Shown here: positions 32,163-41,654 of the stretch, piece after piece
How positions within the stretch are numbered: position 1 is the stretch's first letter
Layout of the letters: each line of letters starts with the position of its first letter
Sequence record: OQ708376.1
Length of the DNA stretch: 64,000 nucleotides
Strand: one strand, 5' to 3'
Notes under the pieces: generated by a model
Databases searched by the model: none
Told to the model about the DNA's origin: nothing
Seen by the model: the letters and a program-made list of their open reading frames with translations, nothing else
Position numbers and translations under genes: made by a program

Positions 32163-33314
32163 TCAATAAGCATCCCAAGGTAATGGTGTCTTTCTAAACC
32201 CATACCTAGTTGCGTTCTGCCCATCTCCGGCAATGTATCTACCGGTCCCACACTGATATAATTCAGTACTGCTACATATCGCACCACCAATAGTACCACT
32301 ACACCACTGTGTTATATTAGAATATAATATTGGTAAATCACTACATTTGGTATATACTGCAACCGTGGCAGTCCCGCTCGGACCACCAAACACACTTCGG
32401 TTCGAACCCGTGTAATATATGCCATCTGGACTCATAAATGCAGATGTATAAGTTGTACTGCAATCCACTGGACTTCTTATATTATTAAGATCGCTTGGGT
32501 ATGCTCTAGCACCATATGTGTATACATTACCAGCAGTAGTAATACCATTACCTAACTGACCATCATTTTGTCCACCACATGTAACCAACGATGCAGTACC
32601 GGAAACAATTGCAGTAGCATTATACGAAGTACCTATAGCAATAGAAGCACCCGCCCTTTGGGATGGGGTAGGAACTGCGGCTGCGTTCCCCTGACCTAAT
32701 TCACCATTGACATTTCTTCCCCATCCATATACCGAGGTGGTATCTAATTGACATAGTACTGTACCATAACTAAACGTATATCGTATATCTTTCACAGCCG
32801 ATGGTAAACCACTAACTTTAGTTGCAACACTAATAACTCCAGAAACGCCAGTAACTCCAGCGTTTGCGTTCATATTACGTCCATATGCGTATAAAGAACC
32901 ATCAGCAGTTTTAATATGCATCATGCCATCTGTGCAATATAATGCATCGATGCTATCCACTACAACCGCTCCCATACTAGACGTTATATCGTTCCACCCA
33001 AACGTTGTAGTATTAGAAATTAAGTTATTTCCAGCGTAAAGTATTCTATTATTATTTGTAACTACAACTGTATAATTGGCAGTAACGCCAATTAATCTAA
33101 CATTCTCATATATCTTAGACCACATTCCTATTGAATTTGTGTTAGCATCCAGAAATCCCAACTGACCAGCGGTATTATATCCAATACCCCACACATCACC
33201 TGCACTGTCCAATAACACTTCATGGGAAAAACCAATCTTAAAATCTTTTATCGTTGGTGTTACAGGAACAGGTTTAATATTCCCGTACTGAATCATTCTT
33301 GCAAAAGGTAACAT
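32163..33314 (-). CDS. RCC1/BLIP-II-like propeller paralog 4
   Basis: True start MLPFARMIQYGN after GGAGG; GWGRNVNGELG repeat. Confidence 0.85.
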   Translation of the reverse strand: MLPFARMIQYGNIKPVPVTPTIKDFKIGFSHEVLLDSAGDVWGIGYNTAGQLGFLDANTNSIGMWSKIYENVRLIGVTANYTVVVTNNNRILYAGNNLISNTTTFGWNDITSSMGAVVVDSIDALYCTDGMMHIKTADGSLYAYGRNMNANAGVTGVSGVISVATKVSGLPSAVKDIRYTFSYGTVLCQLDTTSVYGWGRNVNGELGQGNAAAVPTPSQRAGASIAIGTSYNATAIVSGTASLVTCGGQNDGQLGNGITTAGNVYTYGARAYPSDLNNIRSPVDCSTTYTSAFMSPDGIYYTGSNRSVFGGPSGTATVAVYTKCSDLPILYSNITQWCSGTIGGAICSSTELYQCGTGRYIAGDGQNATRYGFRKTPLPWDAY

Positions 33315-33385
33315 AATTCCCTCCTTATTCATTATACTATATTTAATACAAATAAGAAAGCCAGTACAGAGTACTGGCATTGTGT

Positions 33386-34565
33386 TTATCTAAAAGGAAT
33401 GCACTTTTTGAATTTATATATATATCCAGTCTCACCTTGTTCAGTAAAATACCCAGGGTTTCCAGTCCAGTATAAATCCTCACCTATACTAACTACCGAT
33501 ACTGAACCATTACCAATCGTACCAAACCACTCAACATATGATAAGTCAACACTATCATCAAAGAATTCTATTGGTAATATTGAACCATAATTCCCAGAGA
33601 ATGCGTTGCGGCCTAATCCAGCACCATTAGAATTATATCCCTTACCATTCGTATTAATAATGTTAGTACTGGATTTTATTGCATTAACATAGGATACTGG
33701 TGAAAGTTTATCGAATGAATTTGCTGTTATATCGGTATAGGGATTTGTAGTAAATGATGACCTTATTATAGCAGTATTTTCAGAACCACCTATAGTCAAC
33801 TGTGTGTTCCAACCAGCCGCCATTAAAGACAAAGCAGATGTACTACTTTGAACAATCAAACGTGTTACCCATCGTGTAGCTTGTACTGCAATTACATGAG
33901 AACTACCAAGATTCAATGCAGTAAAAGTAGTAATAGGATTATTATCACCGGTTCCTAATTGATAAAAAGTATTCTCACCACAACGATAATATATACCATC
34001 TTTTATATAGTGAAAGTTTCTGCTCATTTCACTAGATGCAATTGCAGATACACTAGTGTCTATTAAGAGTGGAGATGTAATTGGTGTAGTTGCTGTACCC
34101 AATTCACTTGCACCATTCATGCCTATACCATATAACTGACCGTCACTTGTTAGTATTAACATGGAATTGTTAGTACTGGTTGATGATGTTATTTTTATAT
34201 CTTTTATTGAACTCGGAGAAATAGATCCAAAATATGATTCACAACGAGTCCATGTTGAAACAGAAGATGATATACCAAAAACTGAGTTAGTTCCACTATA
34301 GTACAATTCCCCTTGTTTTGTTCTAATTATAGTACAATATAAAGAACTCCAGAAATCATCAACACTATAAGGACATAAAACCCATCTATCTAAAAAAGAT
34401 GAACCAGTAACTCCCATTTTTGATAATTGGTTTCCGTCCACGCATATATAATGACCCATCACTGTATAATACGCTTATTGAATTTTCATCACTATTAATT
34501 TTAACAACAGTATCTTTGCCAGGGGCAATATTCCCATAATTCATCATTCTTCCAAAAGGTAACAT
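33386..34565 (-). pseudogene. RCC1/BLIP-II-like propeller paralog 5, +1 frameshift
   Basis: MLPFGRMMNYGN at 34565; removing one T at 34431..34433 gives LYMRGRNQLSKMG in frame with 33386..34462. Confidence 0.75.
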
Positions 34566-34639
34566 AATTCCCTCCTTTATTCATTATAATATATTTAATA
34601 CAAAAAAGAAAAGCCAGTACTGAAGTACTGGCGAAATTA

Positions 34640-35830
34640 TTACAATTGTCTAGGTGTATCCAGAACATATCTAGTTGTACTAGGACCACCATCATCATAA
34701 GTTCCGGTTGAATATATATTTTTCATATCAGCAGTTAGAAAAGTACGATACGAACCGCGATATATTTTTATTTTATCATACATAGAATATGTTATTTGTG
34801 TAGGCATTGGACATGCAGTAAACTTACCAACAGTTGCACTAGTACCAATACCCAATGAACCAGCATAACTACTGGCATTTAAACCAGTTGCATATACACC
34901 AGTACTCGTAACTAGTATACTAGATTGTGTTGGGTATCCTGTATGAATTGAATACAAAGTTCCAGTTGGTAATGTCGTACTATTGCTCCCTAATACAGCA
35001 AGTGCCGAACTGGTTGTGGTATTGTTACCCCATGCACCATTACTCGCTAAACCACCAACTAGAAACTGACGTGCACCAGAACTTGGATTCTCAACCAAAG
35101 CACTGACTGCACCACTTGAGCATCCAGTGTATTGTAACGTTTTTGTGTATGTTGTACTTGGTTTATATAAAGTATATTCATTAAATGGTGTCCATGTGGT
35201 ACTGGTACTTATACCTGACGTACCACCACCAATATATAAATTATTTTGTGTATCAAAAAACATTACACAGTTATTTGTTGACTGTATTTGTGCAATATCA
35301 ACATTAGGCGTGACAGCTTTTACAAATGATCCATCTGTTATTTGTTGAGTACTACCAGTACCATCAGCGAATTGTCTAGCCCCACTCCAACCAGTACTCC
35401 ATATTGTATTATTATCCATTAATACCGTAAACCACGTAGTACCTCCATACATCTGTTTAATTGAAGTACTTGAACTTTGCGTGTACAAATTTTCAATATA
35501 TTGGTTATAACTTAAAAACGTAGTAGTACTAGTTGGTAAACCAAGATGATCACCATATCCACAATAAAAATAATTTGAGTCATTATCTTTTACTAATAAA
35601 GTTCCTTGTGTAAGCCAGCAATCGTTAACGTTTTCTCTAATTAATGTCCATGATTTTAATGCAGTGTTGTTTCCTCTACCGAATTTCCCAAAACTATTAT
35701 TCCCACGTGCATATAGTTGACCATCCGTATACAGAACCACAACATCTAAATCAGTTGGGATTATTTTCTTAATTTGAAGTGGTACTGGGACAATATTCCC
35801 ATAATTCATCATTCTTGCAAAAGGTAACAT
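34640..35830 (-). CDS. RCC1/BLIP-II-like propeller paralog 6
   Basis: MLPFARMMNYGN; 396 aa. Confidence 0.85.
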   Translation of the reverse strand: MLPFARMMNYGNIVPVPLQIKKIIPTDLDVVVLYTDGQLYARGNNSFGKFGRGNNTALKSWTLIRENVNDCWLTQGTLLVKDNDSNYFYCGYGDHLGLPTSTTTFLSYNQYIENLYTQSSSTSIKQMYGGTTWFTVLMDNNTIWSTGWSGARQFADGTGSTQQITDGSFVKAVTPNVDIAQIQSTNNCVMFFDTQNNLYIGGGTSGISTSTTWTPFNEYTLYKPSTTYTKTLQYTGCSSGAVSALVENPSSGARQFLVGGLASNGAWGNNTTTSSALAVLGSNSTTLPTGTLYSIHTGYPTQSSILVTSTGVYATGLNASSYAGSLGIGTSATVGKFTACPMPTQITYSMYDKIKIYRGSYRTFLTADMKNIYSTGTYDDGGPSTTRYVLDTPRQL

Positions 35831-35901
35831 ATTTCCCTCCTTTATTCATTATACTATATTTAATACAAATAAGAAAGCCAGTACAGTGTACTGGCATTAT
35901 A

Positions 35902-37041
35902 TTATTTCCACGGTAGAAGTGAATCAGGAACCCTTGTTGGTACAGTAGTTGAAGACATTCCAGTAAGATTGGGTACACCACATGTGTATAAATTATTATA
36001 TTCGTCAACTAACATCGTATAAGAATAGCTCTTACAAAAACTACTAAGATTACTACCTTCTAATGCAGTAAGATCCATTTCAGCGAATGATGTTATATAC
36101 ATATCAGTTGTACCAATACCACATTGACCATTTGAATTAAGGCCACATGAAAATAACTTATTATTATTATTAATTATACAGGATGGTCCGGTAAGGTTTG
36201 TCCCAAGCTCACCCACCAACTCCACTTCTCCTTGGAATGATAAATTTGGAATTAATGTACTCATTGGGGCTACTGACCTATTTCCTGTACCTGCTTGTCC
36301 ATAGTCGTTAATAGATGCAACTTTAACATTACCATCATTAAGAAATATATAAGAAGTTTCATTTGTATTGACTGCTTTAATTGCATTACTAATCGAAGTA
36401 TCTTGTGTAAATGTGAGCAAGTTTTGTGTCGTCGTTCCTGATACAAACGTTCTACCTGCATACCAATATGAACCATCATTTAGTACTAATCCAGTACTAT
36501 ATATTGCACAACCAGCACTGATAACATTTTCTATTGTACTATAGGTGAATCGTGAAACGCTTGAAGTTGATCCATTCCCAAAAACACCACCAGTACCAGC
36601 ACCACAGTAGAACCACTTTCCATTTTTTAAAAATACACGCATACACGAAGATATCACAACACTATCAATATCATCTGCACTGACACCGAAATCAGTAAAG
36701 TTCTGTGTTATATCAACCCAAACGCCGTTAGTGTTTGAAGATAGTATTGGAATAACAGTACGTCTACCAGTGTACCAAATAGTACCATCTTTCTTTATAG
36801 CAATTGTTCCTTGTACCCCACCCCAATATCGTGTAACATTTGAGTTGACAAGAGTCCATTCAGTTGAAGAGTCCAATGAACCATTACCACTTTGTCCATA
36901 TGCTGAAGAACCAAACCAATATAGATTACCATTTGTGTGTAAATAAAATTTGGCATCAGCAGAACATTGTAACCTGTTTTTAGGTAGAATCAGTTCAGGT
37001 GCGATATTCCCGTACTTAACCATTCTTGCAAAAGGTAACAT
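35902..37041 (-). CDS. RCC1/BLIP-II-like propeller paralog 7
   Basis: True start MLPFARMVKYGN; CGLNSNGQCGIG repeat. Confidence 0.85.
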   Translation of the reverse strand: MLPFARMVKYGNIAPELILPKNRLQCSADAKFYLHTNGNLYWFGSSAYGQSGNGSLDSSTEWTLVNSNVTRYWGGVQGTIAIKKDGTIWYTGRRTVIPILSSNTNGVWVDITQNFTDFGVSADDIDSVVISSCMRVFLKNGKWFYCGAGTGGVFGNGSTSSVSRFTYSTIENVISAGCAIYSTGLVLNDGSYWYAGRTFVSGTTTQNLLTFTQDTSISNAIKAVNTNETSYIFLNDGNVKVASINDYGQAGTGNRSVAPMSTLIPNLSFQGEVELVGELGTNLTGPSCIINNNNKLFSCGLNSNGQCGIGTTDMYITSFAEMDLTALEGSNLSSFCKSYSYTMLVDEYNNLYTCGVPNLTGMSSTTVPTRVPDSLLPWK

Positions 37042-37111
37042 ATTCCCTCCTTTATTTGTTATACTATATTTAATACAAATAAGAAAGCCAGTACAGAGTA
37101 CTGGCATTATG

Positions 37112-38221
37112 TTATTTTGGTAAATCAATTTTAGTAAAGACTGCAACATCCTCGATTGCACCTGGAATGGCGTAATACGATCCAGTACTATACACATCTC
37201 CATTTTTGGTTAATATCGATGTCAAACCATCACTAAAAAGAACATCCCTAATCTCACTAACTTCAACGGGTAATTGTAAATTGGTAGCACTATATATAGC
37301 ACCAGTTTGAGAATTGTTTAATCCCAAACCACGGTTCGCCCCAACACCCTTCTGATATGTACTAGTAATTACCATTTGTGTAGCAGTATTTAAGGCAGGT
37401 GAATTCGTCATAAACAACGGAGAACTATTAGGCAAAGTACTTAAAGGAACTGCACGGAATGTAGTCGTACCTGAACTAAGAAAGTTTGGAGTTTGACCAC
37501 ATACGAAATATGATGTACCATTATAGTAATTTAATGCATTACCACCAATGGCTGCATCGATTACACCAGAACTACGCAATCCCCAAGTGTTAATTTGTGT
37601 TTGGTTCCCCGTACCATGCTGCCCACTACTATTCCATCCAGAACTATATAGCTTATTATCTAATGTAAGATACATACTATCATTCGCATTGGTCATTACT
37701 TTACGAACGTTCGTAGCACATTGAGTTAATGTGTAAATTGATGATGAACCAATACCCAAAGAACCACGATATCCATTATCTCCTGCACCATAGAGTACTG
37801 AATTAGTGCTAAGTACAAATATTAAACCATTTGTGCATACAATATTAGCAATTTCACTGACTGGTATAGCATTGGTAAACCAACTAGTCCTTTCAACTAA
37901 TACAGTACTGTAAGAAGTAGTTGTAGAAGATGAGAACCAGTACGTTTGACCTGATGTCCATATAGTATTATCATTTTTAATAATAACAAGTGTACGATCA
38001 CCCACGAAAAAATTAGAAACATCTGCACTTACTAATGTCCACGAAGACACCGTGTTGGTATTACCATTTCCAGATTCACCACCTTGATTTCTACCTATGT
38101 AATATAAATCATGTGAATCAGTCAATAAGAATTGACCTTGTGTAGAAGCACCAACTTTAATTATTTTTTTAGGACCAGGGACAATATTTCCATACCTAAT
38201 TATTCTTCCAAAAGGTAACAT
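37112..38221 (-). CDS. RCC1/BLIP-II-like propeller paralog 8
   Basis: True start MLPFGRIIRYGN; SGWNSSGQHG repeat. Confidence 0.85.
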   Translation of the reverse strand: MLPFGRIIRYGNIVPGPKKIIKVGASTQGQFLLTDSHDLYYIGRNQGGESGNGNTNTVSSWTLVSADVSNFFVGDRTLVIIKNDNTIWTSGQTYWFSSSTTTSYSTVLVERTSWFTNAIPVSEIANIVCTNGLIFVLSTNSVLYGAGDNGYRGSLGIGSSSIYTLTQCATNVRKVMTNANDSMYLTLDNKLYSSGWNSSGQHGTGNQTQINTWGLRSSGVIDAAIGGNALNYYNGTSYFVCGQTPNFLSSGTTTFRAVPLSTLPNSSPLFMTNSPALNTATQMVITSTYQKGVGANRGLGLNNSQTGAIYSATNLQLPVEVSEIRDVLFSDGLTSILTKNGDVYSTGSYYAIPGAIEDVAVFTKIDLPK

Positions 38222-38229
38222 ATTCCCTC

Positions 38230-39432
38230 CTATTGTTGCCATAACTGCGTTGGCATTAATGTTAGTGTAGTAATACTATAAGTGCCATCTGGCAATCTAC
38301 CACCATTTCCATTCCAGCCACCACATGCATATAATTTATAATCTTTAGTAATTATTATGGTTCTGCTCCAATCTTTAGATGCCATAAGAACATTTTCATA
38401 ACCACCACTTATTGCACTAAGATTAAAAATATTCCAAGTTCTAACTAATGTATTAGTTCCATTACCTTCTTGACCATATGAGTTAGCACCACTACTTCTA
38501 ACATATGGTGCGTATTGTGCCATAGGTGCACCAATTGATGCATTTCCCATATTACTTGGACAAATAAAAGTACTGTACTTACTTACATCAACCGTGACCG
38601 ATGTGTTCCTAATTGGTGTTAGCTGATTTACCGATGTAGTCGTACCATTACCCGCTTGTCCAGTACTGTTAGCCCCGCTATAATATACAGACCCACCAGT
38701 AGTAAACCACCAAGTAACATCGTATGTAGTACTAATATGTTCTACATTACTAATCACGAATTTGTTCAAATATACAACAGAACTACCACCACATCCACTT
38801 TCACCAAAGTTATCCTTACCACAAAACCATGCATCTTTATTTGATTTGATATAGTGCGTTCCTTGTAATGAACATGCCATATGTGTAACTTCACCCATAT
38901 TAGTCATAACTGTGAGTGTAGGGATGGAATTTTTATTACCAGAGCCACATTCACCATTGGTATTTCTTCCACACGCAATTACTCTACCATCGGTTAATAA
39001 TATTCTAGTACTTTCACCTATATATACACTCTTGATCATATTAGCCATAACACCTATTTTATTAAATGCAACAGTAACATCAGTCCATGTTGTCAAATAA
39101 CCATTAACAGGTGTTGCATCTCCATAATCAGAAAATGCAGCCACAGACCCAGTGTAGTATATTTTATTATCCAAATCAATCATCAACGAACCTTGAACAC
39201 CAAGCCAAAAGGCTGCACAGTTCCTTGCAAGTACTGTAAATGACGAAACTGCTGCTGAATTCCCAAGACCAAATTGATACATGTTATTACTACCATAACC
39301 ATATAAAGTATTAGTTGGGTTATGTAGATACATACAGTTTGTATAATGTTGTTGTAAAACATCTGAGAACTCTACAGGTTCTGGACCTGGTGCAATATTT
39401 GCGTACTTAACCATTCTTCCAAAAGGTAACAT
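38230..39432 (-). CDS. RCC1/BLIP-II-like propeller paralog 9
   Basis: MLPFGRMVKYAN; CGRNTNGECG repeat; 400 aa. Confidence 0.85.
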   Translation of the reverse strand: MLPFGRMVKYANIAPGPEPVEFSDVLQQHYTNCMYLHNPTNTLYGYGSNNMYQFGLGNSAAVSSFTVLARNCAAFWLGVQGSLMIDLDNKIYYTGSVAAFSDYGDATPVNGYLTTWTDVTVAFNKIGVMANMIKSVYIGESTRILLTDGRVIACGRNTNGECGSGNKNSIPTLTVMTNMGEVTHMACSLQGTHYIKSNKDAWFCGKDNFGESGCGGSSVVYLNKFVISNVEHISTTYDVTWWFTTGGSVYYSGANSTGQAGNGTTTSVNQLTPIRNTSVTVDVSKYSTFICPSNMGNASIGAPMAQYAPYVRSSGANSYGQEGNGTNTLVRTWNIFNLSAISGGYENVLMASKDWSRTIIITKDYKLYACGGWNGNGGRLPDGTYSITTLTLMPTQLWQQ

Positions 39433-39480
39433 ATTTCCCTCCTTATTAATTATATCATATTTACCCCATAAAGAAAACCC

Positions 39481-39509
39481 TTGACATCCTTTCAGTACTG
39501 GTGTACTAT
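39481..39509 (+). promoter_or_regulatory. promoter of the small-gene array, divergent from the propeller array
   Basis: TTGACA-N17-TACTAT, AGTACT in the spacer. Confidence 0.7.
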
Positions 39510-39534
39510 AGAAGGAATATAAGGAGAACTACAC

Positions 39535-40972
39535 ATGACAAATACTCTTAAGTACTACCTCAATACTCTAAATGAACTAGAGTACGGGGAATTTCTCGCG
39601 GATAGTTCGTGGCTAATTGAGCTAAAAAATTATAATAGTCCAGGATGCACCCTTATGATGAACAATGCAATTGATACCCTCATTGTGAGTATTTTACACA
39701 GCAACATCTGCGGGGATAGCAATAAACAATTATCAAAAATCTTAGTACTGCTATCTATATGAACATTGAACAGTACTACATCGATGCACTACCAACAAAA
39801 GGTCTACGAGAAAGCCTACTGTATACACAAAATACTTTTATACACTACAAACGTTGTCCTAAACTCCTGAACTCGTACAGGAGTAATATCATAAGAAATG
39901 CTTTACAAGGGGCAGAAAGTATGCAATACTATTATATCCTTGCCCTTTTAATCGAGTACTAATATGAATACTGAACATAAAGAATTCTACACCAAATACC
40001 TTAGCAACGAAGAACAATTGTTTCTAAGGAGTGTATCACCTTTAAGTATAGATACACCACACGCCAGAGATTGCTTTAATAATTGTATACGTAGTACTAT
40101 AGAAGCAATCGAATGTAATAACAAAAATATTATGTACTCAGGTTTAATAGGACTAATATATTTCTATGAATAATCATAAAGATTTCTATTGTAGTAAACT
40201 ACCCAAACAAGAACAGCTATCATTCTCTTTAGCACCACCTATGAGAAAGGATAATCTGTATTATAATTACGATTTCAGGATGGTGACACGTTATGCAATA
40301 GAACATACGTTCCCTGCAACTAAGTACCGCTCTATCCTGAACCTCATCTTTAAGTTCTAAAAGGTACACCAGGGACCGAGTACTTTAACATAGTAAGGCT
40401 AATTACAATGAATCATATAAGCTACTACTACCAACAACTATCCGACAGAGACAAGTACAGTCACAACTCCCATGTGTGGTACTACAAACGCGGCAGTATA
40501 AGAGACAAACAACATTACTTCTGTATTTCTATTAAAGAAGCACTGACAACTAAGTACACGTACCGAGCAGTACTGAAACTTATTGAAATGTAAGGAAGAA
40601 AATGAACATAGAATTCTATTTAACTAAACTACAACACGCCGAAAGATTCAACTTCAATAAGTTCAATATTTTCTACAATTGCGGGAACAAAAAAGATAAA
40701 CACACCTTCCTATATGTCGTCACAAGAGATGCACAAAACGAAAAGTACACATACAGAGAAGTAATGAAACTAATCGCTATTTAAGGAATACTATGCAACA
40801 ATTCTATAGAGAACGTATAACCATAAAAGACCGTTTCATGTACGACACCTTCGTGAAGTACTACAAACTAGGAACAAAAAGTACTAAAAATATTAATCTC
40901 AATAGCTGCATTTATGCTGTACTAACACAAGATAATCCCTACAGGGAAATCCTCGCCCTGGCATCTATATAA
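39535..40972 (+). CDS. seven tandem ~60-75-aa paralogs (39535..39762, 39759..39962, 39964..40173, 40166..40360, 40408..40593, 40602..40784, 40793..40972)
   Basis: N-terminal (K/E)(F/Y)Y...L and C-terminal Y..(I/L)L.LI. Confidence 0.75.
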
Positions 40973-40982
40973 AGGAAACCAA

Positions 40983-41654
40983 ATGAAACTTAATGCACAC
41001 AGCAAACAATACCTTAAGCACTTTAAGTACCTCAATAGTATTCAGGCAGAATCAGTTACATCTGCATATACGTATCACCCGAATGTACTAAAGAAACGAA
41101 ATAAAAAGGAAAAATCCAGTACAAATGGAGTTAACGTATCAAAGAACCTTGAATTGTACATGAAGAAAAATAATATAGCTGTTCATTATATGAATATCTA
41201 TAATACTGATTTAAAAGTATTGAGTACTAATACGAGCACAAAGGTACTAAAGAACGCATCCTTCATCATCAATATGCAGTTGGATAATACCCCGTGCACT
41301 TTAATGCTATACTTCGGGAATACATACTTCTTCGGGAATTGTAACACCTCCCACGATGTCAATACAGCACAATTCCAAATGGGTGGCATATACTCTACTG
41401 ATGCAGAAAAAGTACACGAGAATATGCACTTCTGGCAAGCACAACGTACAGAAGAAACTGATACAGTACTACAATTCCTCAAAGAATTACAAGGCAAAGA
41501 ATTATCCGAGGAAGAACTATTCATGTACAGTACTGTAATCGATAATCCAGCACTCTATAAAAATGCGTACAATCTGACAAAACATGTACAGGAAATTATC
41601 AGTACTAATAAGAAAATGCATCACCTCATTACGTATATTACAAACTATGTATAA
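40983..41654 (+). CDS. hypothetical protein, ExxFQxS family, interrupting the small-gene array
   Basis: LKELQGKELSEEELFMYSTVID. Confidence 0.75.
   Translation: MKLNAHSKQYLKHFKYLNSIQAESVTSAYTYHPNVLKKRNKKEKSSTNGVNVSKNLELYMKKNNIAVHYMNIYNTDLKVLSTNTSTKVLKNASFIINMQLDNTPCTLMLYFGNTYFFGNCNTSHDVNTAQFQMGGIYSTDAEKVHENMHFWQAQRTEETDTVLQFLKELQGKELSEEELFMYSTVIDNPALYKNAYNLTKHVQEIISTNKKMHHLITYITNYV

Larger units (their letters stand above)
30829..37107 (-). repeat. ~85-bp intergenic cassette (terminator hairpin, TAAATA/TATAAT, GGAGG, first codons)
   Basis: TGCCAGTAC-nnn-GTACTGGC-TTTCTTATTTGTATTAAATATAGTATAATGAATAAGGAGGGAATTATGTTACCTTTT near 30830-30905, 32080-32158, 33300-33379, 34555-34632, 35820-35896, 37030-37107; variants near 29565-29625 and 39420-39470. 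Confidence 0.9.

Noticed and set aside
32054-37203. Repeated minus-strand ORFs and extensions reading MPVLCTGFLICIKYSIMNK(E/G)G
   Set aside because: These are translations of the conserved intergenic cassette; real starts are the MLPF codons after GGAGG
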